This document shows, in pieces, positions 38,176 through 50,268 of a stretch of 64,000 nt of DNA. The stretch comes from Macrostomum lignano. Lineage: Eukaryota. The stretch spans positions 29,517 through 93,516 of the forward strand of contig NIVC01003288.1 of NCBI GenBank assembly GCA_002269645.1, given 5' to 3'. Below the pieces are notes generated by a model. It did not search any database, was not told the origin of the DNA, and was given only the letters and a program-made list of their open reading frames with translations. Every line of letters begins with the position of its first letter. Position 1 is the first letter of the stretch. The position numbers and the translations under genes were made by a program.

Positions 38176-41100
38176 GGTGGCGACCCCCTGGTCCTTGGAC
38201 TGAACAGCCCAGGACCAGGAATTCAGCACGACAATGCGGACTATGCTATGGAAAACTCTTGGAAAATTTTTTACAAGATCAAAAAATGTCCAGCTGTCTA
38301 AAATCTTTTTTCAGTATTTCGAAAAAATTAAGTTTCACGGCTCGTCTAACAACTGAGGCCCGGTTTCCGGGAGCCTGTCGCCTCGGCGTTGTTGGGGATT
38401 TAGGCTGGATAAAATCGCAATTTTTCGCATGCATGACTGAAGAGCCTCGGTGGGTTGTTGATGGGAGTGGCCGAACTGGCCGACCTCAGCCTGGCTTCTC
38501 GGCTACTTGCGCAAATCGGCTACTTTAAAAAATCAATGGTGTCGGCAGGAAAGGGAGAAAATATGGCTGAGACAAAAATCCCCACGCAGATGATTTCATT
38601 CCTGCCGCGGCCGCTCGGATTGTCAAACGGATTTAGGATTAATGGTTTCTCTACTCTGGCCTCATCCAGAGGGGGAGGATAAACGACAGCAATTATTGGC
38701 GCAGTTGTCTCTGATTTCAGCGGCTCTCCAACTCTTTGTCCCGCTTTCAATTAGCGAGGCTCCCTTCAAGCGGGGAAAGAAGACACCGGGGAAATTCTCG
38801 AAAGCACTCGAATCCCTGGTGTCTACTCTTTCGCTTCGCTTCGCTCTTAAGAAATCGTTCGGTCAATACTAGCTTTGTGGATTCTCAGAATCTCGCATAA
38901 CTCCCCGCTATTTCGCTTTTCCCCGTTTTCACTTTCGTCCCGCAATCGGGCGCCAATTGCGAGTAATTCGACTACTAAAGCAGCTTAGGCAGGGTGGGCG
39001 GGTCTGGGCTGGTCTTGAGAGGCCTGAAAGGCAAATTCGCAAAACGGAGAAAGCGCAGGCTTTCAGAGCAGCGCAGATCGTGGGGGGGGGGGCAAAGGCG
39101 GGGAGGAGGACAAAAATGTGCGCCATGCAAAATGCTAACGAGATTACAGCTGTCTGTCAGCTGGGAGTGAGGGGCGAAGAGGTCGGCTGATCTCTGCGCC
39201 AGAGGGGATTCCAGGGTGCGAGACAGCGAGGGGGGAGGTCGCGCGCTTCCATGAGCAAACTGAGAAACTCAATCGATGCAATTGCTCTACTGCTGCTCCA
39301 ATGCGGCTCTCCCAGCTAGCTTTTTTGAGGCATTTAGTCTGAAACAAATTGGAGTCTCCCAAGAAGAATCGGCCAATCTATTCAGCGCCGACTGGGCAGC
39401 CGGCCTCATCTCGAGGCGTATCGGTGTCGCACAGAAGCTGGGCTCTGCTGCTCAATCAATCAGATGGCACTGGCTCGATATGAAGTGCAGGACCAGGCCC
39501 TACGAGCCAAGGATTAAGTGTGTTTTGTGCGACACACCATCCAGATAAACACTCATTGTTTCACTGAGAAACTCAGCCGGGTTAGCTTCAACGATTGCAG
39601 AGTAGCAAAGGCGTAAGTAAAGACGAGCGCTGTGTCAATGGCTCAACACGCTGTTTGCTTTCCAGACACAATCAATATAACCTTTATCACACGATCGGTT
39701 ACCTCTCCCGCTCCCGTTTCAGTAAGACAACGAAAATTAGAGGTTAAAGATAATATTGTGCGGGTTTGGGCATTGGAGGATTAACGGGAATTAGGAGGTG
39801 TGGGTTCTCCATTGAGCAGTTTCTGACCCGTGCGAGAGCACTGCTAGCAACAGTGAGGCATGAGGTGCGGTCGATCTGCAGGTGCATTGATCGAGTCCAA
39901 GAATCCTCGACCACTCGATTCACAGCGCCCGTCCTTGCATTAGCCCAGACACTCCTAATCGTTACAGACAAGAATATTTCTGGCCATGGCATTGTCTCGG
40001 GGGTAAACGCAGTGTTGGCATCCTTGGGCAAGGAGACATAATTTCGGTGCAGAATCCATGCAGTTCACAAGGCACAAAAAAGTAAAACAAACGAGATTCT
40101 GGCTAGCTAACTAATGCGTTTTGTGGAAAATTAGGGGCTCAAATGATCCATGTCACCCCAAGCGGTCTTATGAACCTGAGCTCTGCTTGCCTAATTAAAA
40201 TACCCTCGGAAAAAATGTCAGCAAAAATATGAGGAAATTAAAAGCAAGTTCAAGGCAAACTCAAGCTTTTCGTGTTAGCAAAGAAAAGTACATTGTTGAA
40301 ATTTTGCTTACTTCGAAAAATTTAATCATCTAAAAACTTTTGCTGTTTGGAATATTTATCTGATAATAGCCTGGTTTTATTACCAAGCTCTGGTTTGCTT
40401 ATTAATTAAGGGTTCCTTCCCCAAAGCGAAGCTTGAGCAATGCACAAAAGGGTACGAGCGTATATTTAATTTGTCTCTCAGTAGTGAGCGTTAATAACCA
40501 CTTCGATTTTCAAAGATCTGCTTTGAAAAAAAATTTGTCACGTGCTCACATTCCTACATGTACTGACTTTCATCTTTGGTGAAAAAAGGATATGCAAAAG
40601 CTGTGTAAGTTGCAAATTATTTGGAGTCTCGCTTGTTTGCAGTGCAGCTGAACTTTAAATGCTCATAACTTTGAATCGGTTGCACTTGCGAGTCGTAAAA
40701 CGATAATTTGTCAACTTTCTAGAAGAATGTTGCAGAAAAAAATGCATCATATTTTTTTAAAATTGTAAAATAATAACATTAATACTTGAAGTATTGCACT
40801 GTATGCAGATTTAACAGTTCAAGCCTTAATAAATTATGCTTTTCTGAAAGGAAACATAGTTAAGTACGCGTAAACTTTAGTCTTAAAAAACTGATACAAC
40901 GGTAACTATGTACTATTGGTCCTTGGTGTTACACCTAGGTGCCTGCAAACCTATGCTTATTGTTGTTATTCCTTTCCCATCTCCAAATATGGCTGCTCTC
41001 CTTTACTTCAAGCGCTGACTGACGTGCGAAAAATCGCATTCAATTTGATCGATGAATGATGAGGCAGAGAACTGGCTGGGTCAGCTGCACTGCCAGCGAG

Positions 41101-44100
41101 ATGCCTATCAGACAGCATTATGGCCACTGGGCCGCTAAATACCAGCCTAGGATCCGCCTCCTTAGCCTTTTCTTTTGACAGAATAATAAAACAAGTAAAA
41201 GTACACGGTTGGGCGAGAGAGAGGGACCGGCGGCCACTCAGACAAGGAGCGAAATGGAAGCCAGGGCTGAGAGAGAGAGAGCAAGCCCAGTGCCAAATGC
41301 ACCGGCCCAAGAGAGCCCCACTAATGCGGTGGTTAGCGGCTGGGCGCCTGCGAACTTTGCAGACAGGAGAAAGTGTGCGCCGCGCGCTTTCAAGACGAAA
41401 CGAGAGCCTGGAATGAGCTTGAAGTAAAGCGAATAAGTACGACCCCGGGATCCCTGCCGTCTCTTGCTCACTCTCACCTCGGCGGACCTCCTCTTCATCT
41501 TGATGAGCCGCCTCTCTCGCTGTCTTTCCCGCGGCGGCGGCGACAGCGGAGGCGACGGCGACTGAATAATTGAAAAGATAAGCGAAAAAGAAAGAGGCGA
41601 TCCTATCGAAGCAACCGGGGAAGATATATTTTTTTCTCAACGACTGCGAAGCGAGAGAAAGTGGGTCTGAAGTGTTTTTTTCCTTTTCAACTTTTTCGAT
41701 AGTGTGTCCGCTTAGACCCTCAAGTTCGCGCAGGTGATGGAGCGCCCAGCAGCAGCTCAAGCGAGAGAGCCCGAGTGTATCTTTAAGAAAACTTTTCCTG
41801 CTTCTATTTTTTTTTCTAGAGCAGACACGGATCGACGAGGCTTGATGGGTCTTAAAGTGACTGCCCCGCCTCGGTCGAGGTTGAAAAACTGGCCTTGAGT
41901 TTGCTGGGCAGCCCTTTTGGCCCCGTTTCTCTCTCCTGCCTGCCTATTTTCTGACCCGCATTGCCTTACTGATGGTTTCAACCCTAGTTTTGACTTTTAA
42001 ATAGGGGATTTTGCATCCCATCTTGGCATCAGAAGGCCGAGTCCTCTGTCATCAAGTTGAGAACTTGCAGTTTCCTTCCGCAGACATGCGGTAATTACAT
42101 TCATTAACGGTGAAAAAATAATTAATATCTGAATAATCAATGCCCCCCCCACCCGATGTGAGCAAGACAGTCGGTCGATAACTCGCACTGAGCCAATGCT
42201 GCTCAGAAAGTCCAACTGGCCGTCTGTCTGGCTGCCAGCTGCTCTGGGGAGCCTTGATGCAGCTTTTTATGGCCCGAAAAGCCGGCTGCATTCAAGACTT
42301 GGGTAAGACACTGGTAGGGGCTTACCGCCAGCTCATAAAGGAGATGAAGGAAGAGAATCAGCGCGGACGGAATATCGCTCAGCGGCTAATCAAGTCTTCG
42401 CCATTTAGTGCCGCCTCGCTTGCCCCCCCCCCCCTGGCTTGCCGCACTTCTGCAGGCTAAGCTCTCGCGTTTCAACTCAGCAAACACATTCGGAAGTTCG
42501 CGAAAGTGAGTGCCAGCTAGCAGTGACAGCTCGGGTCGGGGCTCAGATTTCCGAACAAATGCAGCCCTGCCTCGGTTGGAAGCTCTCAGGGTTGGAGGGC
42601 AGCTCCACGTGGAACTGCAGGATGCGAACTTCTCGCAGTTTCTCCCAGAGGCGCCTCTCCTCGCCTCATCTGCCACTCGCTGCTCCATTTGCAGCTGAAG
42701 CTGGATAGCGCCGAGACATTCTAGAATCGAATCAAGGCCCGAACTGCCCTCAATCAGCCGGCCGCAGCATCCTTCGCCTACCTCTCCATCGCCAGAACTG
42801 ACCAGCAAAGGGAGGTGCCCTGTTGGCTGCTGCACAACTTCATTTCCTCGCCTCTCCCGCCCGAGCTGAAAGAAGGCTTGCCTTGTCTTGCTTTGCCTTG
42901 CCGTAATTGGTTAATTAGCATGACAGGGGTCATTGGCACGCCCGCAGGACAAAATGCGATTTCCACACGCCTGCAATTAAGCAAGTCCAGTGGAAAGAAA
43001 ACTATAGGGGATAAATTCTTACAATTAAGAATTAACTCGCTCAAGCGATCCTTCTTGATGCTAAGGTATCGACTGGGCAGATGACGCCACTATTGTCGGC
43101 TTCAGTCTGTAGCTGCGCTGTTCTTAACTGCGCATCGATGCTATTGGAATGAAATGAATGGATTAAAGTCAATTTATTTGGACTTTTGCAGATAGTAAGT
43201 CAGTTCTTAGACTGCGCAGGCTGTTCTGCACTTATTCTCAAACTTGTTGAACTTCTGTCCAAATTCATTTAAAATGATTCTATGCTACTAATAGTAGCTC
43301 TGAAGCCCATTAAGTGTAGGAGTAGGTTTATCTTAGCCATTTAACCATTTAAAAATTCTAATAATGTATGAAACAGAAGCACGACTTCTACAAGTAAAAT
43401 TATGGTACAGCTCGTATTTCTTATTTCAGTAAAAAATTTGTTTTTGATTCAGCAGCTGCATAAAGCTTTGAAAAAAATTGCTACGTAGGGAGACAATTCG
43501 GTGAAAGTGCTTCTGACTTTCTGTTTTGCTAGTTAGAGAAGCGCCAGTCAGTGTTTGCGCACCCAGTAGAAGCGCAGCATTGGTGGGTACAGCGCTGCGA
43601 CCGCGACCGGATCCTCCTAATGAGCTCGGCGCATCCGTGTTTAAGTCTGAGGTTCCTCCCCTTCCCCTGCTTCTGCAGTTGCAGGCCATTGACAGTAGCG
43701 TCTTCGGCTGCTGCTTATCTTCCTGTGTGCCCCAGCGCTAATTGAGCCACTACCATGCGACCTTATCTGGACAGCTGTGAACTGAGCGGCTTCACTGCTT
43801 GGTTGCATGGGGGAGACTTTGTTTTTTGGGAGGAATTTTAGCACACAGAGATAGTGCTTGCGAGCTTCTGTGTGTGTCCAGAAGTGAGATTCGAACTCGC
43901 CAGGACCAGATTCTACTTTGAAGTAAGCGTTCACTATTCGTCAGGTCAGGCCAACTTCATCCTACTGGCGAGCCAACTCGGCCAAAGCATACTCAATTCT
44001 ATTTCAAAAACGTCCTGATTGAGCACAAACGGGGCCTGCGAAATGACTGCCAGAAAGTTGACTGCCTGTCCTAGAATTTGTAACGCTAAGCCTAGCATGA

Positions 44101-44692
44101 TACAAACGCATTATGAATCCCACGATACAAACCCATGTAACGTTATAGAACGCATTTACGAGCCGTATCAGTTGTCTTTTAAGCTGTTGACCAGTTGCCA
44201 TTGGATGGACTAAAGTCTCACGGATCCAAAAACATGTCTATGTGGCCATAGACATCTTTGGCGAGCAAAATTCATACAAAGATCGGCGCTAATGGCTATA
44301 GCACTCATTGTCCTGAAGTTGGACCTTCGATTAGCTCTCAGTATTATAGCTTGGGCGGCTTCAACTGCAGTTTGAAACGGTTGTACTTCAAAACAGACTT
44401 AGGAAACAGAATTAATCATCTGGGATCCCCTGTTCGCTAGTCTGGGGGCAGCGTTTTGGCTCCGAACTTTCGTAGAATTTATGATCGGTTAAAGCTGGCT
44501 TAGCGAACTGCTTCGTTAGCTGCTTTTCGGTTTGGCGCAACCTTTTCCAGTCTTTGCCTTCCTGTCTCTGACATTTATAGTCAGCAACATTGAAAGCCGC
44601 CATCCCAGCGAGATTTGAAGAACGTCATTTGCAGTGCGTCATTTGCAATGCAGTGAGCCGATGCTTTATGGTAGAAGTTTCAATGGATAAAT

Positions 44693-44786
44693 AATCAGCG
44701 GTCCCAGTGCGTGACAACGATTGTCTGGCGAGCGCCGGTAGGCGCGAGCCATAGACAATCGTTGTCACGCACTGCGACCGCTGATT
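44693..44786. other. 94-nt near-perfect hairpin (palindrome)
   Basis: 34-bp arms with 1 mismatch (44693-44726 and 44753-44786), plus an inner GC stem closing a GGTA loop. Confidence 0.92.
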
Positions 44787-44928
44787 CTTTGCATTGTTTT
44801 TCTGTTTGACGATCCTACAGACACTGCATTGTTTGTAGTAATGGATTGTTCTGCATTAAAAATGTGAATAATGATTGTCAAATTGCTAAACAATGTTGCT
44901 CAGTATATAGCCACCCCTCCAAGTGCAG

Positions 44929-45454
44929 GGGGGTCTTTCTCGAAAGCAACTTACGATCGACCATAGACGTAAGTTGGGTAAGCTACACTTACGGGTTGCT
45001 CGAAGGGCTCGCAAGTTAGCTATGCGTAAGATTGATCGCAACTTTACGAGTTCGTAACTTTGCGCAAAATACTGTTTCTCGAAACGTTCGTATGTCTATG
45101 GTCTTTCGTAAGGTTGATCTTAACCCTACGACTGCTCGGTATCAGTCGTAAGACGCACTTAAGCACTAATTGCATAGTACGTGAAGCTTTAGTCAAGCCA
45201 GGTCAAGTTAAACTTTATCGAAGGTGGGTCTTTATCGAAAGCAACTTACGATAGACTAAGTAAAGATATTTGCAGATTTATTACCATAGACATGCAACTT
45301 TTCGTTTCAGATACGACTTCCGAACAGCGTAAGCCACCCAAAGTCTAAGTGAGTTTTGAGAAAGCGTCTTACGAGCAAACTTACGCTACACGTAAATTTC
45401 TTTCTTACGATCTAACTTACCATAGAACTTACGTGAGTTTCGAGAAACACCCCC
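44929..45454. mobile_element. Non-autonomous DNA transposon (MITE), PIF/Harbinger-like
   Basis: Terminal inverted repeats GGGGGT(C/G)TTTCTCGAAA, 3-bp CAG duplication on both sides, many internal CTTACG/CGTAAG motifs, and an internal TIR-like copy near 45224. Confidence 0.72.
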
Positions 45455-46904
45455 CAGAACTGTCGAGCTCGAGTCACTATCGTTAACTGGTTGGTTGTAC
45501 CAAACAACCAAGCTTTGTGGTTGGACATAGTACACGATCTCTAATTTGAGGATCTCGGCGTTACGCCAAAGGAGAGGTTCCGAGAGGACTTGGTGCATGG
45601 GTCCTTCGCCGAACTTTTGACCACAAGTTTCGTCCTCCGCAGAGTAGGCGTGAGGCAATTGACCAGCTAGGGGAAATCGAGTAACGAATATTCATTGGGG
45701 CATAAACACAAATACGAGCATGGATACGAGTTTAAGCATTAGTTACGATAAAATGAGCATTGCTTATGAAAATAAACACGACGTCTGTTATGTGTGAAAA
45801 TATTTACACTCCCATTTTTGCCCTGACTGGGACCTGGAAAGCTGCAGCTTCCCAAGGCCTTTAGGCGCGGTGCTCACCGCTCTATACAGGTAAATAGAGG
45901 CGAGACCACAAAATTTGTCTTGATAGATACCCTTTACTAGCTACTCACATGCCGGTTATCAGTAGTATCCTAGGTTCATTTTAAGTAACTGTCTCTCTTT
46001 CATTCGCTGTGTGAACGCATTGTTACCTGAACAAATGATTAGAAAAATTTTCGAAGGTTAAATGGATCAGAAAGAAATTTAGTTCTGCGAATTTAAGCAC
46101 AACTCTAGTTGTGAATGTGCCTTTCATCAACTGCATAATTTTGATACAAGAACGCAAGACGGAAAAGTTAGGGCCTGGTCACTAAAAAACCATCGCAGAT
46201 CCCAAAGAGCATTTTAGCTCTTTATATTGAATCATAAATCATAAATCATAATGCTCAAATTCTCGTGACGCGGCATCCGGAGACGCAGTTGCAACCTCGC
46301 TGACTTTTGCCTGGCTATTAATAGACTTCTGGTGATGCTTTCCTCCTGTAAGCCTTGCCAAGCGCTAAGTGAATGATTTACAGCTAAACGCAACCGAAGC
46401 CGTTTTATTTATAGGGATTTTATCCAGTCGCAGACCGGAATCCCCATTCTAAATCTCTTAATCTGGAAGAAAAGCCGTTGGCCCCAGCCCGGCAGGAAAT
46501 GGGCGTGTTAAACCGATTCCATTCTCAGGGCTGATGGGCAGCCCGTCTGGCCGGGTTAAATTTAGCATGGACTGCCACCAGTTCACTGCTTTCCAGGCCA
46601 TTGTTCGGCCTGGTTTTGCGTGCCGCTCAGCCCAGCGACCCGCGGGTTCAGCTGCCTGGACTGCCGGCTGACTGGCAGACCTGACCGGTGACTGCTGCAG
46701 GTCGCGTGACCTCTGACGACCATGATGCGGAGGAAGTTTGAGAGCAGACTTGTCAGCGCAGTGTCGCGGGAGTGGATTCTTTTTCTAAAGTATCTCAGTG
46801 CTTTTGCAGCTTCAAGAAATAACTGCGGCCAGCCTCTGGGCACCTTGCGGATGCAATCTTCAGCTCGACCCTTGGAACGCTAGCTTTCAATGGTGGCTAT
46901 TTCT

Positions 46905-48055
46905 CCTCTCATCTTCTCATCTCTCATCTCTCATCTCTTCGAGTCTCATCTCTTCCAGTCGCATCTCTTCCAGTCGCTTCTCTTCCAGTCTCATCTCTTC
47001 CAGTCTCATCTCTTCCAGTCTAATCTCTTCGAGTCTCATCTCTTCCAGTCTCATCTCTACCAGCCTCATCTCTACCAGCCTCATCTCTACCAGCCTCATC
47101 TCTACCAGCCTCATCTCATCCAGTCTCATCTCATCCAGTCGCTTCTCTTCCAGTCTCATCTCTTCCAGTCTCATCTCTTCCAGTCTCCTCTCTTCCATTC
47201 TCATCTCTTCTAGTCTCCTCTCTTCCATTCTCATCTCTTCCAGTCCCATCTCTTCGAGTCTTATCTCTTCTAGTCTCATCTCTTCGAGCCTCATCTCTAC
47301 TGCAGTCTCATCTCTTCCAGTCTCATCTCTTCGAGTCTTATCTCTACTGCAGTCTCATCTCTTCCAGTCTCATCTATTCCTGTCTCATCTCTTCCAGTCT
47401 CCTCTCTTCCATTCTCATCTCTTCCAGTCCCATATTTTTGAGTCTCATCTCTTCCAGTCTCATCTCTTCGAGTCTCATCTCTACTGCAGTCTCATCTCTT
47501 CCAGCTTCATCTCTTCCAATCTCAAATCTTCCAGCCTCATCTCTTCCAGTCTCATCTCTACCGGCCTCATTTCTTTGAGTCTCATAATCTCTTCGAGTCT
47601 CATCTCTTTTAGTCTTATCTCTTCGATTCTCATCTCTACCGGTCTAATATCTACCAGCCTCATCTTTTCCAATCTCATCTCTTCCAGTCTCATCTCTTCT
47701 AGTCTCATTTCTACCAGTCTCATCTCTACCAACCTCATCTCTCCCAACCTCATCTCTACCAACCTCATCTCTCCCAACCTCATCTCTTCCAACCTTATCT
47801 CTCCCAACCTCATCTCTACCAACCTCATCTCTTCCAATAACCTCATCTCTTCCAACCTCATCTCTTCCAACCTCATCCCTCCCAACCTCATCTCTCCCAA
47901 CCTCATCTCTTCCAGTCTCATCTCTTCCAACCTCATCTCTCCCAACCTCATCTCTTCCAGTCTCATCTCTTCCAACCTCATCTCTCCCAACCTCATCTCT
48001 CCCAATCTCATCTCTTTCAACCTCATCTCTTCCAATCTCATCTCTTTCAGTCATC
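46905..48055. repeat. 15-bp pyrimidine-rich degenerate satellite
   Basis: Unit TCTCATCTCTTCCAG drifting to TCTCATCTCTCCCAACC-type variants at the 3' end; it explains the LISSS and EEMRL ORFs. Confidence 0.95.
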
Positions 48056-48595
48056 TCTCCGCTAGTCTCCTATCCTCTGTCTCATATCCTTCAGTCTCAA
48101 AAAGAATCCACTCTCATTTGCTGTCTCCTTTTGTCTTTTCTTCACTCTTCTTGGACCCGTCTCCCGCAGTTCCTCATCTTTACTGCCATCGTATCTCCTC
48201 TTGTCCCCCTGTCGTTTTGTCCGGACTCTAATCTCTAATCTCGTTTCTTTTCATTTCTCTTCTCATGTGGATGCCTCTTCTCTTCTTGCTTACTGTAGAA
48301 CAACATATTAAAATAAATTTGGAATTCCAAAACTATATTAAGAATTTGAGTAGACAGAATTATCATATATTTAAATTGATACACAATAAAACCAAATACA
48401 AAAATTAAGGTGGGATATGAAGCCTGAAGATGTTTTTCAAACCATTTTTTGATCGAAATTCTTTCCTAGCAGAGTGTAGGGTTCCTCATCCGTTCTCTCA
48501 TTACGCTACTCCCCCTCTAGCGCACGAACCCAGCCAGTCAGTCTTGTTGACCTTGGCAACCCGCTCGTGTTGTGGTTGGTTACAAACTCCAAGCC

Positions 48596-48660
48596 TATAA
48601 AAGGCGACACTGTAGGCCCAGGCCGAGGCCTCTCTTCACTGTGGCCGCAGACTCTATAAA
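48596..48660 (+). promoter_or_regulatory. TATA boxes upstream of the peptide precursor
   Basis: TATAAAA at 48596 and TATAAA at 48655, 58-122 bp before the ATG at 48718. Confidence 0.55.
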
Positions 48661-48717
48661 GTGCTCAAGTGTTCAATCTTGCCGTTAAGCTTAAACTAAA
48701 GCGACACACGCCGCACC

Positions 48718-49020
48718 ATGCCGACCGTCGCCAAGCTGCAGCCGCTGCTGCCAGCGGCCGCCCTGCTAATGACGCTGCTGCTGGCGCTGGACGGCAGCTG
48801 CGAGGCTTCTCCACTGGCGCGCCACTCGACCGTCGCCCAGCCAGCCGTCGCTGAGAGCGGTCGGCACAGGCCGATTCAAGCCACTGACAATGAGCTGCAA
48901 CTGCTGCTTGAGTACCTGAGCGAGGCGGCCAGGGGGCGGCAGCACCAGGTGCAGCGCCGGAACGGGGAGGACCTGTCCCCGCCCAGGGAGCCACCTGGCA
49001 TTTGGAGGCGGCGGCGGTGA
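48718..49020 (+). CDS. Secreted neuropeptide-like precursor (100 aa)
   Basis: Signal peptide (LLPAAALLMTLLLALDGSCEA), propeptide, dibasic RR, C-terminal NGEDLSPPREPPGIW followed by RRRR and stop; GC3-rich codons. Confidence 0.8.
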   Translation: MPTVAKLQPLLPAAALLMTLLLALDGSCEASPLARHSTVAQPAVAESGRHRPIQATDNELQLLLEYLSEAARGRQHQVQRRNGEDLSPPREPPGIWRRRR

Positions 49021-49278
49021 ACCGATTCAGATGGAAAACATGGAGACACCTGGTCTACACCTAGGCAGTGAAATTCGAGCTCTGCTCCCAATGCAACCTG
49101 ATCCAGTACCCCCTATACCGTTGACTGCTTGTATGTTTTAAGATTTGGTATAATCCACCAAATACACTTCTCTTTAACAGAGTTACATACAACTGCTTGC
49201 GCGCAATAACTTTGATCGTTCGATCGCAAAAAATCACGAAAACGAGTCAGCTTCGTGCACATTGGCGTTGACAGCTGT

Positions 49279-49977
49279 TTAAATCTCTACCAAGCCTGGG
49301 TTTTGATCTGGTCTCGGCTTAGAGTGGCATTTCAATTCGACACATTTGAGTCCATCGCAGCACTTGGAGTTGTAGTTTATGCCGCCGTACGAGCTGTAGC
49401 CGTAGAACAGGTAGCAGGCCTCGCCTTCCAAGCCGCACCTGTTGGCTATTTGTGATTTTGAATACGCGCTCTAGAAGGTGGCGGAGTGCGTTAAAAGCCA
49501 GTCCCCAAGCACAGAGACTGTACATGCCTGACGATCAAAATGCCAGAGCTGCGGTACACCCTGTGTGAGCTGTGTATGAGTACGTGCCTGCGTACAGTAT
49601 TGGCGCGCTTGTACATGTGCCCAGGAGCCTCAGCTTGGGTTGATGGACGGATGTCGCCGAAGGCGTTGCGCCAGACTGTCCATAACCTTGCAAATAATAA
49701 TTATTTACTTTGTACGATTTTGAAAATGTTTAATCACTGTGATGATGCGACGTTGTAAAGGGAATAGGATGTGAAATTGCGATGGGATGAGTAACGGCTG
49801 AGATACAATGAGCAAGATGTAATCAAAAGCAATTCTGTACCCGAGATGCGCAAAGCCTGGATGGCTGGCAAACTCACTGGCTCCGCATGCAGCCGCGTCA
49901 CCGCACAGCAGGCACATGACCGTCACTGCAACAATTGGAGTCACGCAAGTGGATCCGCTTCCTCCTCGGCGCAGCAT
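49279..49977 (-). CDS. Secreted cystine-knot (ICK/knottin-like) peptide, about 88 aa (exons 49977-49878, 49445-49279)
   Basis: Exon 1 is a hydrophobic leader ending at a GTGAGT donor. Exon 2 encodes CGLEGEACYLFYGYSSYGGINYNSKCCDGLKCVELKC (C-C-CC-C-C). The junction is in frame using the AATAG acceptor at 49446. Confidence 0.7.
49548..49675 (-). repeat. Dispersed repeat family, copy 3 (inside the knottin intron)
   Basis: Minus strand TACAAGCGCGCCAATACTGTACGCAGGCAC..CTCACACAGGGTGTAC aligns with 956-1008. Confidence 0.65.
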
Positions 49978-50268
49978 CAACAGGCAGTAATATGAATTGA
50001 ATATCATAAGTTGCTACGCGAATCCAACTTGAAAATGAAATTATGACTTAATTCTCAATTTAAGCTAGAAACTTTTTTTGCCAAACTTCAACCATAGAGT
50101 TTTGTGACAGTTTGTAGATAATCCAGTTATTTACATTTGTATGCATTCAAATTACAAGTTGCTGCCTGAAACTTTAGAGTACAAGCGTAGCTTTTATATT
50201 TTAAATCTCGCACAACATCAATGAAGTGCTCAAAACGATGCGCGGAGACCCCCGGCGGTGCGTCAAAC

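Noticed and set aside
41478-41498. Possible first coding exon MKRRSAE followed by a GTGAGA donor in a GC-rich island (minus)
   Set aside because: No downstream exons could be identified, and it is too short to support.
43878-43968. tRNA-like minus-strand sequence with CTTCAAA (TCA anticodon, tRNA-Sec-like)
   Set aside because: The anticodon stem does not pair, the D region is too long and the variable arm too short; probably a decayed tRNA-derived repeat. tRNAscan-SE would settle it.
49520-49686. Apparent middle exon of the knottin gene (acceptor at 49687)
   Set aside because: It leads to a stop before the Cys framework and overlaps a copy of the dispersed repeat.
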